64,000 bases of DNA from SAR324 cluster bacterium (GCA_028282885.1 JANQGX010000089.1:18301-82300); one strand, 5' to 3'; counted from the first letter of the stretch, positions 21,833-33,038 are shown. Notes: generated by a model not told the origin, from the letters alone. A program made the numbers and translations.

Positions 21833-22765
21833 ATGCAAAACAACAATACAGACCTGATTTTAGGAGGCCGAATCCTGGTGGTTGAAGACCTGGAGGATAG
21901 CAGGTTCTATCTGCAAAATCTCCTTGAACAAAAAGGATTTATAACCGAAGCGGCGGAAAATGGAAAAGTGGCCTTTCAAAAATTCAAGGAGGGGCGTTTC
22001 GATCTTGTCATCACAGATTTAAAGATGCCGGGGATGAGTGGGATAACATTGCTAAAAATGATCCGGGAAACTAATCCTGATATACCGGTCATCATGATTT
22101 CCGCTTACCGGGAAATTAATGACGTGGTGGAAGCACTAAGAATTGGTGCCTGTGACTACATTGCCAAACCATATGAAGAGAAGGACCTATTCCGGAGTAT
22201 TGACCGGGCAATCCGATTAACGGATCTGGGTAGAACCCAAAAGATCTGTGCCAGCTATGTAACCTCGGAAATAAGAAGATTTGAATTTGATAACCAGCCC
22301 GAATATATCAATTCGATGGCCCGATTTCTCTGCCGGGATCTGGCCCTCCAGGGAATGCACGCCGAAATGCAGTCAATGCAGGTTTCCCTGATAGAAGCAC
22401 TTAATAATGCGATTTTTCATGGAAATCTGGAAATCAGTTCCGATGTCAAAGATTCGAATGATATCTCCAGTTTCAAACAGTACCTGAAGATAGCCAATAA
22501 AAGAAGGTCCCTGAATCCATATAAATCGCGGAAGGTGACCATTGTTTATACTCTAAACAGTGAAAAAACCGAATATGTAGTCCGGGACGAAGGACCCGGA
22601 TTCGATTTCAAAACTTTGCCGGATCCCTTAGATCCTGAAAGCTTCATTAAACCGACTGGTAGAGGTATTTTACTGATTCAGACTTTTTGCGATGAGGTGA
22701 CCTGGAATGAAAAAGGGAATGAGATCACCCTGGTTAAATACCGGGATAACAGGGGTCAGGATTGA
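21833..22765 (+). CDS. REC + RsbW-like anti-sigma Ser kinase (HATPase_c_2)
   Basis: ITDLKMP, EALNNAIFHGN, DEGPGFD and GRGILLI. Confidence 0.88.
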   Translation: MQNNNTDLILGGRILVVEDLEDSRFYLQNLLEQKGFITEAAENGKVAFQKFKEGRFDLVITDLKMPGMSGITLLKMIRETNPDIPVIMISAYREINDVVEALRIGACDYIAKPYEEKDLFRSIDRAIRLTDLGRTQKICASYVTSEIRRFEFDNQPEYINSMARFLCRDLALQGMHAEMQSMQVSLIEALNNAIFHGNLEISSDVKDSNDISSFKQYLKIANKRRSLNPYKSRKVTIVYTLNSEKTEYVVRDEGPGFDFKTLPDPLDPESFIKPTGRGILLIQTFCDEVTWNEKGNEITLVKYRDNRGQD

Positions 22766-22888
22766 TCAAGGTTAAGAGGATTCATAGTCCGGAAAGCATT
22801 TGAAACTACCAGTAGAGATTAAACTGTCCAATATCAGGGTAAATATTCACAAAATAAACCAAGACATCATCACTGAACAGGTGACCGA

Positions 22889-25800
22889 ATGAACAGTCAG
22901 GCAGATGCGGCTTCCCAACAAATAAAAGGCTGGGTGTCGGGCCAAAATCCGACATTAAGATATGCCACCCTGGGATTTCTTATGGGGTTGGTATTCCCTC
23001 TTTTCAGCACCTTAATTGAAAGCTGGAACAGATTTTCAGTCATCAGTTTCGACTATATCCTGAGAGTCCAAAGCGAAACCCCCCTGCTCTGGGTAATCGA
23101 CCTGGCACCGGTTGTTCTTGGGCTGTTTGCTGCGTTCATGGGGATCAAACAGAAGAAAATTGCAGGTATCATAAGTACCCTTAGACAAACAATTAAAACC
23201 CAGACTGGTGAACTCGTACAGGCCAATCGTCGGCTGGCAGACATCCTTCAATCCATGGGAGACCTTGTAATCATCCTGGATAAGAAGGGTTGGATAAAGG
23301 AAGTCAACATAGCGGTAGTTAAATCCTTTGGATTGGAAGAGACCGACCTGATCGACCAGCCGGTTTCGATTCTTTTTGGAGTGGAAGATCATAAAAGAAT
23401 CAGCTCAAATTCTCCTGTGGACATGTTCGATTTCGGATTCCAGAAACACATCGAAGGGACCTATCAAACACGGTACGGTCACAGTATCTGCTTGGAAACA
23501 ACGGTAACCAATATATTAAACAGCCTGGGAAAGGTGGAAGGTGTGGTGTGTGTATCTCACGATATCAGTGACCGAAAAAAAAGGGAGGAAATGCTGGAGA
23601 AAAGCAGAAAAGCGTATGAATCCCTGTTTGAAGCCTCTCCTATTCCCATCATCGTCGACCAGGATAACGGGATCGTTTTTCATAACCGGGAAATCGAAAA
23701 CACGCTGGGATTTTCGGCTGACCAGATTCAAAGCAAAACCCTAGAAGAATTCATCCATCCTGACGACAGGGAAACAGCATTAAACGGGCACTCAAAAGTT
23801 GAATCAGGCGTTCAAAACAACGGGAAACCTGTTTTTCGCATCATTACCCCTGATGGCGAAACCCGCTGGTTGGAGGTCAGGTCGACAAGTATGACCTGGA
23901 ATGATAGACCTGCCCTGCTCAGTTTCATTATCGATATTACCGATCGGCACAAAATGGAACTTGAAATACAGGAAAGTGAAAAGCAATATCGCGGGCTAGT
24001 CCAGTCGATCAATACCATTGTCATGAAAGTTGACAACCAGTTTCGATTTACCTTCCTCAATAAATTCGGGCAGGAGTTTTTTGGATACAGTGAAGAAGAG
24101 GTATTGGGATTAAGCGTTTTGGATACCATCACGCCCAAGAGAGATGCGAAAGGAAATGATCTCCGGTCAATGACCCGGAAAATCCTGGAAAACCCTGCCG
24201 AATTTACGGAAAACGAGAATGAAAATATCCGCAGCAATGGAGAACGGATTTGGGTCGCTTGGCGAAACCGACCCGTTTTTGATGAACAGAACAACCTGCT
24301 TGAAATCCTGTCTACCGGATATGATATCACAGAAAGGGTAAATGCCGAAAACATTGTAAAACAGAAAACCGCACAACTTGAAGACAGTATTAAGGAGTTA
24401 AACTGCCTCTACGGAATGTCCAAACTGACAGAGTTGCACGGAAAATCACCTCAAACCTTCCTGCAGGAGACAATTGAACTCATTCGATCATCCCTACAGT
24501 ATCCGGAGTTGGCCGGAGTTAAACTGCTCCTCAAAGGAGAGGAATACTTTACTTTTGGGTTTCAGAATTCCCTCGTGAAGATATCTGAAGTCATTTATAA
24601 AAATCAAACACATGTCGGCACTCTCGAGGTTCACTACCGATATGACGAATCGAAACGAAGCATCGTTGGATTTTTGACCCGGGAGACAAAACTGTTGCAG
24701 GTCATTGCAGATCGGATCGGTAGAGCCCTGGAGCACTTTGCCCTGGAAGATGCCCTTAAAGAAAGCGAGACCCGCTATAAGCTGGTTTTCAATAGCGCTC
24801 CTATACCCCTGCTTGTAACCCAAGATGAAAAGTTTTGTTTCGCTAACAAACAAGCCGAAGCGCTTTTTGGATATTCCAGGGAAGATTTGTTCTCAAGGCC
24901 CTTTATTGAGTTTGTTTACGAGGAGGACAGGAAAATTGTCTTCGACAGATACCAGAAAAGAATTCGGGGAAAAGAGGCAATACCGAATTATTCCTACCGA
25001 ATTCTAAATAGATTAGGGGAAGTCAGGTGGGTAGAAATCATATCTATCCCTCTTGCCTGGAATAACAGACCAGCCACCTTGAGCTTTCAGATGGATATTA
25101 CCGACAGGCTTGAATCAGAAAAAAAGATCAGGGAGCAGAATCAAATACTGGAACAAGTGCACAGCCAGATGACAGATGAACTAGAGCAAGCCCGACTTGC
25201 GCAGCTCACCCTGCTCCCGGCCAAAATCCCCAAACTGCAGAATATCAGGGTCGCCAGAAGATATGAACCCATTACACACATTGGCGGTGACTTCTATGAC
25301 CTTTTTAACGAGAAGGACCGCCTGGGAATCCTGGTGGGCGATGTTACAGGGCATGGTATTCCGGCCGCGCTTCTCTCATTCCTTTTTCTGACAACGTTTA
25401 AGAATCACCAGCAGAACGGTAGCAAACCCGATGAGATTATCAATCGAACCAACACGATGCTTGCGGGAAACCTGCCACAGGGCAAATATGCCAGTATGTT
25501 TTATTGCAGCTATCACCAGTCTGAACGAATACTCAGGTTCAGCAGTGCCGGACATCCTCCGGCCATTCTGCTGCGACCGAATACCGGTGAGCTGATCTAC
25601 CTGAAAACCGGAGGCATGGTCGTAGGCATGTTCAAAGACCCCATGCTGCCTTTTGAAACCAGGGAGATCGAGTTACAGCCCGGTGACAAGGTTCTCATTT
25701 ATACGGACGGGATTATTGAGATTTCCGACAAACAGAACAAGATGCAGGAACCGGAGATCTTCGAAGAGTTTCTTAGCACCCAGATGCAGATTCCTATCGA

Positions 25801-25897
25801 AAAACTGCTGGACAAAATCTATCGCTATTGTCTTAGCGTCACCGGTTTCGAGGGATTTGACGATGATATAACCATGATAGGACTGGAGATATTCTGA
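22889..25897 (+). CDS. TM - multi-PAS - PP2C/SpoIIE (RsbU-like) phosphatase
   Basis: Two N-terminal TMs, four PAS domains, GGDFYD, GDVTGHG, YTDG and DDITM. Confidence 0.9.
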   Translation: MNSQADAASQQIKGWVSGQNPTLRYATLGFLMGLVFPLFSTLIESWNRFSVISFDYILRVQSETPLLWVIDLAPVVLGLFAAFMGIKQKKIAGIISTLRQTIKTQTGELVQANRRLADILQSMGDLVIILDKKGWIKEVNIAVVKSFGLEETDLIDQPVSILFGVEDHKRISSNSPVDMFDFGFQKHIEGTYQTRYGHSICLETTVTNILNSLGKVEGVVCVSHDISDRKKREEMLEKSRKAYESLFEASPIPIIVDQDNGIVFHNREIENTLGFSADQIQSKTLEEFIHPDDRETALNGHSKVESGVQNNGKPVFRIITPDGETRWLEVRSTSMTWNDRPALLSFIIDITDRHKMELEIQESEKQYRGLVQSINTIVMKVDNQFRFTFLNKFGQEFFGYSEEEVLGLSVLDTITPKRDAKGNDLRSMTRKILENPAEFTENENENIRSNGERIWVAWRNRPVFDEQNNLLEILSTGYDITERVNAENIVKQKTAQLEDSIKELNCLYGMSKLTELHGKSPQTFLQETIELIRSSLQYPELAGVKLLLKGEEYFTFGFQNSLVKISEVIYKNQTHVGTLEVHYRYDESKRSIVGFLTRETKLLQVIADRIGRALEHFALEDALKESETRYKLVFNSAPIPLLVTQDEKFCFANKQAEALFGYSREDLFSRPFIEFVYEEDRKIVFDRYQKRIRGKEAIPNYSYRILNRLGEVRWVEIISIPLAWNNRPATLSFQMDITDRLESEKKIREQNQILEQVHSQMTDELEQARLAQLTLLPAKIPKLQNIRVARRYEPITHIGGDFYDLFNEKDRLGILVGDVTGHGIPAALLSFLFLTTFKNHQQNGSKPDEIINRTNTMLAGNLPQGKYASMFYCSYHQSERILRFSSAGHPPAILLRPNTGELIYLKTGGMVVGMFKDPMLPFETREIELQPGDKVLIYTDGIIEISDKQNKMQEPEIFEEFLSTQMQIPIEKLLDKIYRYCLSVTGFEGFDDDITMIGLEIF

Positions 25898-25996
25898 TTC
25901 CGGTCTTTCATGTTTTCTAAGTGTTCTGATTTTATTATCCGGACTCGGCAGCTCCGGCTGCCTTACACTAAACCCAATCAAAAAAGAGGTATGGCA

Positions 25997-26326
25997 ATGG
26001 AAAAAATAATTATGGATAAAAACAACACCGTTGTTTGGGTTCCCACTGATGAATTAGAGGATCCGGCCAATCTGAAATCTCCACTTGAAGAGTTCAAGAA
26101 AAGTGGAATGCAGCAGGTTGTTCTCGACCTGACCGCAAAAGAATGGCTGACCAGTTCCGAAATAGGAGCGGTGATGTGGGTATTTAAGGAGCTGGAAGCT
26201 CTGAAAGCCAAACTGTGCCTGGTTGCAGTCTCTCCTTTTGTTTTAAAAACCGTAAAACTGACCGGTATTGACCAGTTGCTGGAAGTCTTTGATTCCAGAG
26301 AATCAGCGCTGAATCAAACCCATTAA
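25997..26326 (+). CDS. STAS-domain anti-anti-sigma (RsbV-like)
   Basis: VVLDL...LTSSEIG...VKLTGID. AGAGGT RBS upstream; alternative ATG at 25991. Confidence 0.85.
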   Translation: MEKIIMDKNNTVVWVPTDELEDPANLKSPLEEFKKSGMQQVVLDLTAKEWLTSSEIGAVMWVFKELEALKAKLCLVAVSPFVLKTVKLTGIDQLLEVFDSRESALNQTH

Positions 26327-26338
26327 GCCAATTGAGCG

Positions 26339-28708
26339 ATGGAAGCATTAAAAATTGATAGCCGGCTCTCTTCGGATATTGACGAGGAGTTTATTCGCCA
26401 TTTGAAAAACCTTTCGATATTCAAAGAACTGACCCTTCCCCAGCTCCAGATCATCACCAAAGCTGTCAAGCTGAAACAATTTGAGCCGGGGGCGGAACTG
26501 ATTATCCAAGGTTTCCCGGTCACAGCCGTCTTTTTTATCAAGAACGGTCTGGTGGATGTACTGGTTAATGACGATCGGGTGGCCCAAAGGGGTGAGTTGG
26601 ACACCATTGGTGAAATGTCCTGCCTGTCGGGAGAACGTTTTGCCTCAGCAACCGTCAAGGCCGTCACCCGCTGTCAGGCCTGGGAGATTGAACGCGAACT
26701 TTTTATAAGTATAATCAATTCGATACCCAGTTTGCGATCGCAAATGTTTTCCTTGATCTCCAGTCGGTTGCAGCAAATCAGCCATCGATTCTCAGAAATA
26801 CTGAAGCACATTCCCCATGGAATTATAAAAATCGATGTTCAGGGGCTCATCACCGACGAGTTTTCCAGCCGCTGCATCGAGTATTTCGGTGTCAGCCGAT
26901 TGACGGGCAAAAGCTTTGGCGAATTGTTATTCGTGGATGATTCCAAATTGAAAAACCGGTGGGAAGAGACGATTCAATCCATGGTGGAAAACGGAAGCGA
27001 TATCACCTCAAAAATCAGAACATTACCAAGTGAGGTAACTTATCCTCATCCTGACGGAACAAATCGGATCTTTGAACTGTTTTACCATGATTGCAGGGAT
27101 GAATCGGGAAAACTGGTCGGTTTTGATATCGGAATGGATGATGTCACCCGTAGCCGTTATTATAAAACACAGCTTTCCTCATTCAAAGACCTGCTCACCA
27201 GGATGGAGCAATTGCTCATTCTTTTCGATTCGGAAAGCGGTTTGGTGATACAGGAAACCATCAGCAAGTCAAAAATCGGTCAATTACACTTCCCTTCCTG
27301 GAAAAATCTGAAGGGGAGTAACATCCTGTCCAGCATATTAAGTTATCGAAGCTCTGAAGAGCGCCAGCATCTGGACCGATGGCTGAAAATGCTTCAAGAC
27401 CCTTTTGTTTTGGAATCCATGGATGGAAATCAACTCGCCGATTTGGCCCCCAGGTTTGCGATTGAAACAGCAACCGGCGATGTTGCCGAACTCACCTTTT
27501 CATTAGGTAGAAATACACCCAAAGGTTACAGGGAGATACTTTGCAGTCTGAAATTCCTGGAAGCGGGCCCTGATTGCGGACCACCCGTTTATTCTACCAT
27601 GCAGCTCATGGAGGAAATCACTGCGGCTGAAAAAGAGCATTCCAGGAATCTGCCTGAAGCATTGAATGAAATGCAGACGTCACTGGATATTGTCCAATCC
27701 TTGATGTCGACGCCGGACAATCTCTTAAAAAACCAAAACCGCATCGCTGCAATCATTCATTCGGTGAAAGGCCTGGGACAATCTTTCGGTCTAAGCACCA
27801 TCGCCACCGCATCTCATGAGTTCGAGGATGTTCTTGGTGATACCCTCAAAGGCAATCAAAATCCCGAAACATCCGAACAATTGATAGATTTATTCAAATC
27901 CCTTTTATCGCTTATTCTGGTTTCCAGGAGTCTCTGCAAGACTGAGCGGGATTTGGACTTGGGGGTAATCCGGAACAGAAAACCCGAGATTCAAATATCT
28001 CAGAAGAATTACAAAGCCTTGCACCAGCACTTTGCCCGAATTGTGGAGAGTTTTCAAAAATCACCTCACAACCAGGATGATCTGTCTGCATTGATGGTTC
28101 TGAAGAAAGAAATCGAATCATATGGTCAGACCAAACCTGGTGATGTTTTTCCCAGATTGCAGCGGATCGTCGCTGATACATCCAACCTGCTGAATAAAAA
28201 AGTAGAGTTCATCATCCACGAAAAATCCACAGCAATGATTTCGATTGAAAAGGGCCATGTGTTGAATTCCTGCTTGATCCAACTGGTAAAAAACGCCGTC
28301 TGCCATGGGGTTGAAACCAAGGAGGAGAGAAAATTCCTGGGCAAACCTGAAAAGGCCCTGATTGAACTGATTATTGCCCGAAATGGGACCAATCTTGTCG
28401 TCTGTGTCAAAGATGATGGCAAGGGGTTGAATTTTAAAAAAATAGCTGAACGGGCGCTACTGATGAAACTGGTGGATGCGGAAACCTGCCAGAAACTGCT
28501 GGAAGAAAAAAACCACGAACATATCGCCAATTGGATCTGGGAAACCGGATTCAGCACTTCGGAATCGATATCGCTGGCTTCGGGTCGAGGCGTTGGAATG
28601 AGTATGGTTAAGGAAGAGATAGAAAGACTGGGGGGAACAGTCCGCATAGAAGCCACGGAAGGCAAGTGCAGCCGAATTACCCTGCACATTCCGATAAACG
28701 ATGATTAA
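26339..28708 (+). CDS. cNMP-binding - PAS-like - Hpt - CheA-type HATPase kinase lacking a CheW domain
   Basis: cNMP domain GEMSCLSGERFASATVKA, Hpt IIHSVKG, and CheA-like LVKNAVCHGVE, DDGKG and SGRGVGM. The protein ends right after the ATPase domain. Confidence 0.87.
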   Translation: MEALKIDSRLSSDIDEEFIRHLKNLSIFKELTLPQLQIITKAVKLKQFEPGAELIIQGFPVTAVFFIKNGLVDVLVNDDRVAQRGELDTIGEMSCLSGERFASATVKAVTRCQAWEIERELFISIINSIPSLRSQMFSLISSRLQQISHRFSEILKHIPHGIIKIDVQGLITDEFSSRCIEYFGVSRLTGKSFGELLFVDDSKLKNRWEETIQSMVENGSDITSKIRTLPSEVTYPHPDGTNRIFELFYHDCRDESGKLVGFDIGMDDVTRSRYYKTQLSSFKDLLTRMEQLLILFDSESGLVIQETISKSKIGQLHFPSWKNLKGSNILSSILSYRSSEERQHLDRWLKMLQDPFVLESMDGNQLADLAPRFAIETATGDVAELTFSLGRNTPKGYREILCSLKFLEAGPDCGPPVYSTMQLMEEITAAEKEHSRNLPEALNEMQTSLDIVQSLMSTPDNLLKNQNRIAAIIHSVKGLGQSFGLSTIATASHEFEDVLGDTLKGNQNPETSEQLIDLFKSLLSLILVSRSLCKTERDLDLGVIRNRKPEIQISQKNYKALHQHFARIVESFQKSPHNQDDLSALMVLKKEIESYGQTKPGDVFPRLQRIVADTSNLLNKKVEFIIHEKSTAMISIEKGHVLNSCLIQLVKNAVCHGVETKEERKFLGKPEKALIELIIARNGTNLVVCVKDDGKGLNFKKIAERALLMKLVDAETCQKLLEEKNHEHIANWIWETGFSTSESISLASGRGVGMSMVKEEIERLGGTVRIEATEGKCSRITLHIPINDD

Positions 28709-28767
28709 GGGCTTTGAGATAACCTGTTTTAACGTAAATCAATGTAAACCAAGCAAGGGAAAATCTA

Positions 28768-30477
28768 ATGACTTATCTGGATTTTAGTAATGATCGACAT
28801 CTCGACCTGCTTTCATCGCAGAAGATTGATCCTTCAAATCTGAAGAAAACAATCATTCAGTTTAAGCAGTTCAATGATCGATTTTACCATTCCACAAAGA
28901 AAAATGAACATATTTACACAATGCTGAGTTCGGGTGAAATGATGCTGAACGGCTACCTTCCCTACAAGAACATGCCGCTCAAAGAAAAAAAAGAATGGGA
29001 AACAATCAAAGACCTCAAAACAGGAGATAGGGGATATGTCAACCGCTACCTGGTCATGGAACTGGAAAAGATCATGCCTAGACTTTACCGGGAAATCATC
29101 TACCCTCTCTACTCAATTCAAGTATCGGAAAACCGGATTGAAGCCCCCGAGTTATCAGACGATATCAATGCCCTGCTGGTTACTTCCAATATACCGGGAT
29201 GTTTCAGATTCCTGGAAAAAATGGGGAACTACAAAAAAGGTGTCTTTAATCCCCTCCGCAGAAACTACATTAGCTTCATTGAAAACAAAATATTAGACAC
29301 AATTACCCAGTACCTTAAATCCGTGGAAAACGAGCTGGATAAGCTTGATCTGGCCCTATTCGGCAACAATCATCAAACAAGCTGGTCTTTTATAGAAGAT
29401 ATAATTCTCAAGTTATGCAGTCGTGCCGATCCCAATCACGATGATCCAATCAGCACTGAAGCTATCAACAGTCTGAGATCCATTTACATCTCCTTATTCA
29501 ACATTGCCATGATCTGGTTGATCGAAAGAGATCAGGTCCCCATCTCTTTTCGTCGATTACTGCCCGCAATACCGGATCGCCTGGACTTCTCAAAAGAGGG
29601 GTTGCAGGACGACAATGCCTGGAAAAGATATCAGGATCACCATTTCCTGTTCATGCGTCTTCCCAAAGATCAGAAAGAAAAGCTCACCTCCTGCCTGGGG
29701 ACACTTACCGCGGCTCAAAGAGTTATGTGGATGGGCTGTCTCGGTAAACAGGAAATTCAAGCTCTGGTTTTGCCCATGGTTTCACAAAGAGGAAGATTCG
29801 AAAATCTGGCCACTGCAGCATTCCGACTGAAGGATCCGGGTGAGGAGGACAGTTTTTTCGGTTCCAGGGTCTGGTCGGTACTCCAAACTATATACAGCAA
29901 GTATTTTTCAGGAAAGGACATTGTTTCAAATGAAACGCATCACTTGTTTGGAAGTGCAAAGCAACAAAACGAAGCCCCGGTTAATCCGAAAATCGAAATT
30001 GGACATGAAGGTGAGGAAACCGATTTTTCATATATTCGAGACCTCAGGTTTCTCGTTGTGGATGACTCCGAAAAAATCCGCAAGATGACCATCACTGTTC
30101 TGGAAAAAGAAGGAGTGAATCAAATACATGAAGCAGCAGACGGGGAGCAGGCCTGGGAAATCATCAATCGACAGCCGCTTGATATCATCCTCTGCGATTG
30201 GATAATGCCCAACTTAACCGGAATCGAACTGGTCCAAAGAATGATGCAGGTGGAAAACCTGGCCAACAATGTCGCCTTTCTGATGCTGACCACCGTCAAT
30301 GACAAGGCATCCATCGTTGAAGCCCTGAGTGTTGGGGTGCGGGGCTATTTGATCAAACCATTTTCCAGAAAGCAATTGCTGGAGAAAGTTGGTTTTGCAT
30401 CCAAATGGCTTAGCAAAGAAAGACTGGCAGGGAAAGTACCCGTTCAAACCGATCCGACGCAACCCGCAGCTTTCTGA
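28768..30477 (+). CDS. Unknown ~420-aa N-terminal domain + CheY-like receiver (paralog A)
   Basis: REC motifs VVDDS, LCDWIMP, MLTT and LIKPF. Aligns full-length with 36206..37876. Confidence 0.85.
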   Translation: MTYLDFSNDRHLDLLSSQKIDPSNLKKTIIQFKQFNDRFYHSTKKNEHIYTMLSSGEMMLNGYLPYKNMPLKEKKEWETIKDLKTGDRGYVNRYLVMELEKIMPRLYREIIYPLYSIQVSENRIEAPELSDDINALLVTSNIPGCFRFLEKMGNYKKGVFNPLRRNYISFIENKILDTITQYLKSVENELDKLDLALFGNNHQTSWSFIEDIILKLCSRADPNHDDPISTEAINSLRSIYISLFNIAMIWLIERDQVPISFRRLLPAIPDRLDFSKEGLQDDNAWKRYQDHHFLFMRLPKDQKEKLTSCLGTLTAAQRVMWMGCLGKQEIQALVLPMVSQRGRFENLATAAFRLKDPGEEDSFFGSRVWSVLQTIYSKYFSGKDIVSNETHHLFGSAKQQNEAPVNPKIEIGHEGEETDFSYIRDLRFLVVDDSEKIRKMTITVLEKEGVNQIHEAADGEQAWEIINRQPLDIILCDWIMPNLTGIELVQRMMQVENLANNVAFLMLTTVNDKASIVEALSVGVRGYLIKPFSRKQLLEKVGFASKWLSKERLAGKVPVQTDPTQPAAF

Positions 30478-30508
30478 TGACCAGAGCAGATTAATCAAGG
30501 AGCCATCC

Positions 30509-32989
30509 ATGAGTCAGGAAATCGAACAGGAACAGATCGAGAAAAAAGAGCAGGAACGGATTCGGAAGGGGTTATTTAAACTGCAGACGGATCGACGTTA
30601 TCTGCTTCATTTGCCGGGTGATCTTTATGAACTCTACCATGCCGCACTTGCCGAAAGAATGAAATCGATGCGAATCAAGCTGGAGATTGGCAAAGAAGAG
30701 TCAGAGAACCACTCAAAGGGGAACTGGCATCAAACTTTCAGCTATCGATGTTCCCAACCCGATACCATTTTCAAAGATGCTCCCGGCCCGGAAGATGACC
30801 CGGAGATTGTCATCGACGAATTGTTCGATGTTGAGGGAAGCCCGGAAAAAGTCCGGATGGAACCGTTTCCCAGGGAATCAAACCTGCTGACTGATCTGGA
30901 GCAGCGGTATCTGTCCCTTAAAGAGGCCGTCGAAAACAGGGAGGATAACACTCATCTCTGGAAACTGGCAGAAATGCAACAACGAATACGACTGAAAATC
31001 AAGGAGATTGATAAACTGAAAAAGAATCTGGCCCTTCTTGATGAAGAGATCTGCAAACACGATGAGGTGTACTTCCAGATTCTCGAACATCTGCTCCGGG
31101 AAGCCATCGATTTTGTGCTCGATTTGAAACGACTTGGGGATGTGATGAAGCGATATATCCGGATTCTCATTGTCGATAACCTGGGAGACCGCGCGCTCGA
31201 CCAACTGGAAGAGAGGGGCTTCAGAAAACGATTTGTCACCATCATGAGCCTGAACCAGTTCAATCGTACCTATTCTGAGTTCAAACAGCAGTTCAAGGAA
31301 CGGTATCCGGACAAGGAGGCAACCTACCAGGACTTTTTCACCAAGTGTTCCGTTTTTAACGAATATGAGATCGTTTTCTATAATCCATGGAGATTTGGTG
31401 AAGAGGGCCTGCCCGTTCAGTTAAGACTTAAAAAAACCCCCGAGCTTTCCAAAAAAGAGATCCGAAAAATGGAAGAGGATCCTGAGTTAAAGGCGATTAA
31501 AGTTAAAAAGATTACCGAGAAAAAAAGTGAGTTGGAAGCAATACTGCAAAAAACAGAGCAGGAAATGCACATCTCTGAAACCGAAGGAGGGGTTGGTGAA
31601 TCGGCCTATGTCGCACTCAACAAAAAACGAAAACGTTTGTTGGCAACGATCAAGAATAATAACGCCGAACTGGAGGAACTACAAAAAGAGATTAGCTATA
31701 AACCAAAAACCTTGTTTTATATTCGAAATTTTGCCGACCTGCTTAAGGATCGAAAAATATCAAAACAACTATCGGGACAGAAAGTTTCACAAACCAAAGA
31801 GTTGGAATGCCTTTCAAATCTGGCAAAACGGAAAACTGCCCAGGAACAAGTCATCAACAGGCTGAATGCCCGGGTTAAGAGTATTTTAAGGGATATGAAT
31901 ATCTACTCCCGCCAGAACCCACTAGATCCTGAAAAAAGCTATCAACAGGTTCTAGGCATACACACCCTGGATAAAATTGAGATGTCGATTCTCGGCAGTA
32001 GTATAGCGTATTCAAACAAACTGATTCATAAGCATCCGAGGCCAAGACTTGGCAGTCAGATGGAAATGGGAGCAATCGACTGGCAAAATGAAGCCGTCTC
32101 CTACAGCTCCATTTACGTGGCATCCAAGCTAATGTCAATTGACACCTCTCTGCTATGCCGGTTCTTTCGAATAACTGAGGATGACTATACGGAACGATTG
32201 ACCGTATCCCCCGTATTGCCACAGAAAAGAGATTTTGACGGTAATATTTATGACCTGGTTATCTTCAATCACGAGTCCTTTTCCCACTCGGAAATCACCG
32301 AGTGTCTGGAAACCAGAAAATTGGCCGATTATTCAAAGACACCCGTATTGATTCTGGATCCACACAAATCCGTCGAGAAGAATCCGAATCGGTTAACCCT
32401 GGAATTAATGCTGGGATTAACGGTTGATGAGAATGGATTATTCAATTTTGAGATCCCTCCTTATAGTGTCACATCTCTCACCAAACCGGAAAAACTTACA
32501 CCTGCGCTCTGTGAACTGATGGGGATTGATGATGAGACGGTTCCGGAATTTGAAGAAGATGCAGACTCAGATGAATATCAAGTTTCAGGGGCCATCCAGG
32601 TCGATGTTGACAAAACAGCTTCAGAAGAAGATATCAACCCGGATTTTCTGTCTTTGTCGGATACCGATCAATCCGATGCCGTGATCAAGCCCCCCGAATC
32701 AAATGATCAGATTCAGATATTTCCTCCCGAAGAGGAACCGGAAACCATCTATTCGCTGGGCTCCCTTTTCTCATTCGACGACGAAAACAAGGACTTTGTA
32801 GCCAGTACTGAAGATCATTCGGAAGGACTCAAAGTAAATACTGAAACCCCCGGGGAAAACGAAGAGGAAAGAGTTTCCGGATTAACAGAAGAGTTCGCCA
32901 ACCCGCATCCTCAACCTGAAAAGAAAGAAGATCAGGAACCGGCTAAAGGAGAGGATGATTCCGTTTACGACGCGTCACATCTTTTCTAG
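30509..32989 (+). CDS. Hypothetical coiled-coil protein with possible degenerate receiver folds and acidic tail
   Basis: Long ORF with AAGGAG RBS before 30509. Coiled-coil stretches, RILIVDN and YDLVIF/TPVLIL segments, and a D/E-rich last ~150 aa. Confidence 0.75.
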   Translation: MSQEIEQEQIEKKEQERIRKGLFKLQTDRRYLLHLPGDLYELYHAALAERMKSMRIKLEIGKEESENHSKGNWHQTFSYRCSQPDTIFKDAPGPEDDPEIVIDELFDVEGSPEKVRMEPFPRESNLLTDLEQRYLSLKEAVENREDNTHLWKLAEMQQRIRLKIKEIDKLKKNLALLDEEICKHDEVYFQILEHLLREAIDFVLDLKRLGDVMKRYIRILIVDNLGDRALDQLEERGFRKRFVTIMSLNQFNRTYSEFKQQFKERYPDKEATYQDFFTKCSVFNEYEIVFYNPWRFGEEGLPVQLRLKKTPELSKKEIRKMEEDPELKAIKVKKITEKKSELEAILQKTEQEMHISETEGGVGESAYVALNKKRKRLLATIKNNNAELEELQKEISYKPKTLFYIRNFADLLKDRKISKQLSGQKVSQTKELECLSNLAKRKTAQEQVINRLNARVKSILRDMNIYSRQNPLDPEKSYQQVLGIHTLDKIEMSILGSSIAYSNKLIHKHPRPRLGSQMEMGAIDWQNEAVSYSSIYVASKLMSIDTSLLCRFFRITEDDYTERLTVSPVLPQKRDFDGNIYDLVIFNHESFSHSEITECLETRKLADYSKTPVLILDPHKSVEKNPNRLTLELMLGLTVDENGLFNFEIPPYSVTSLTKPEKLTPALCELMGIDDETVPEFEEDADSDEYQVSGAIQVDVDKTASEEDINPDFLSLSDTDQSDAVIKPPESNDQIQIFPPEEEPETIYSLGSLFSFDDENKDFVASTEDHSEGLKVNTETPGENEEERVSGLTEEFANPHPQPEKKEDQEPAKGEDDSVYDASHLF

Positions 32990-33038
32990 CCCGGAAAATT
33001 CGGGCAAATTATTGAGGCAGACGACGGGAGGTACCAAA

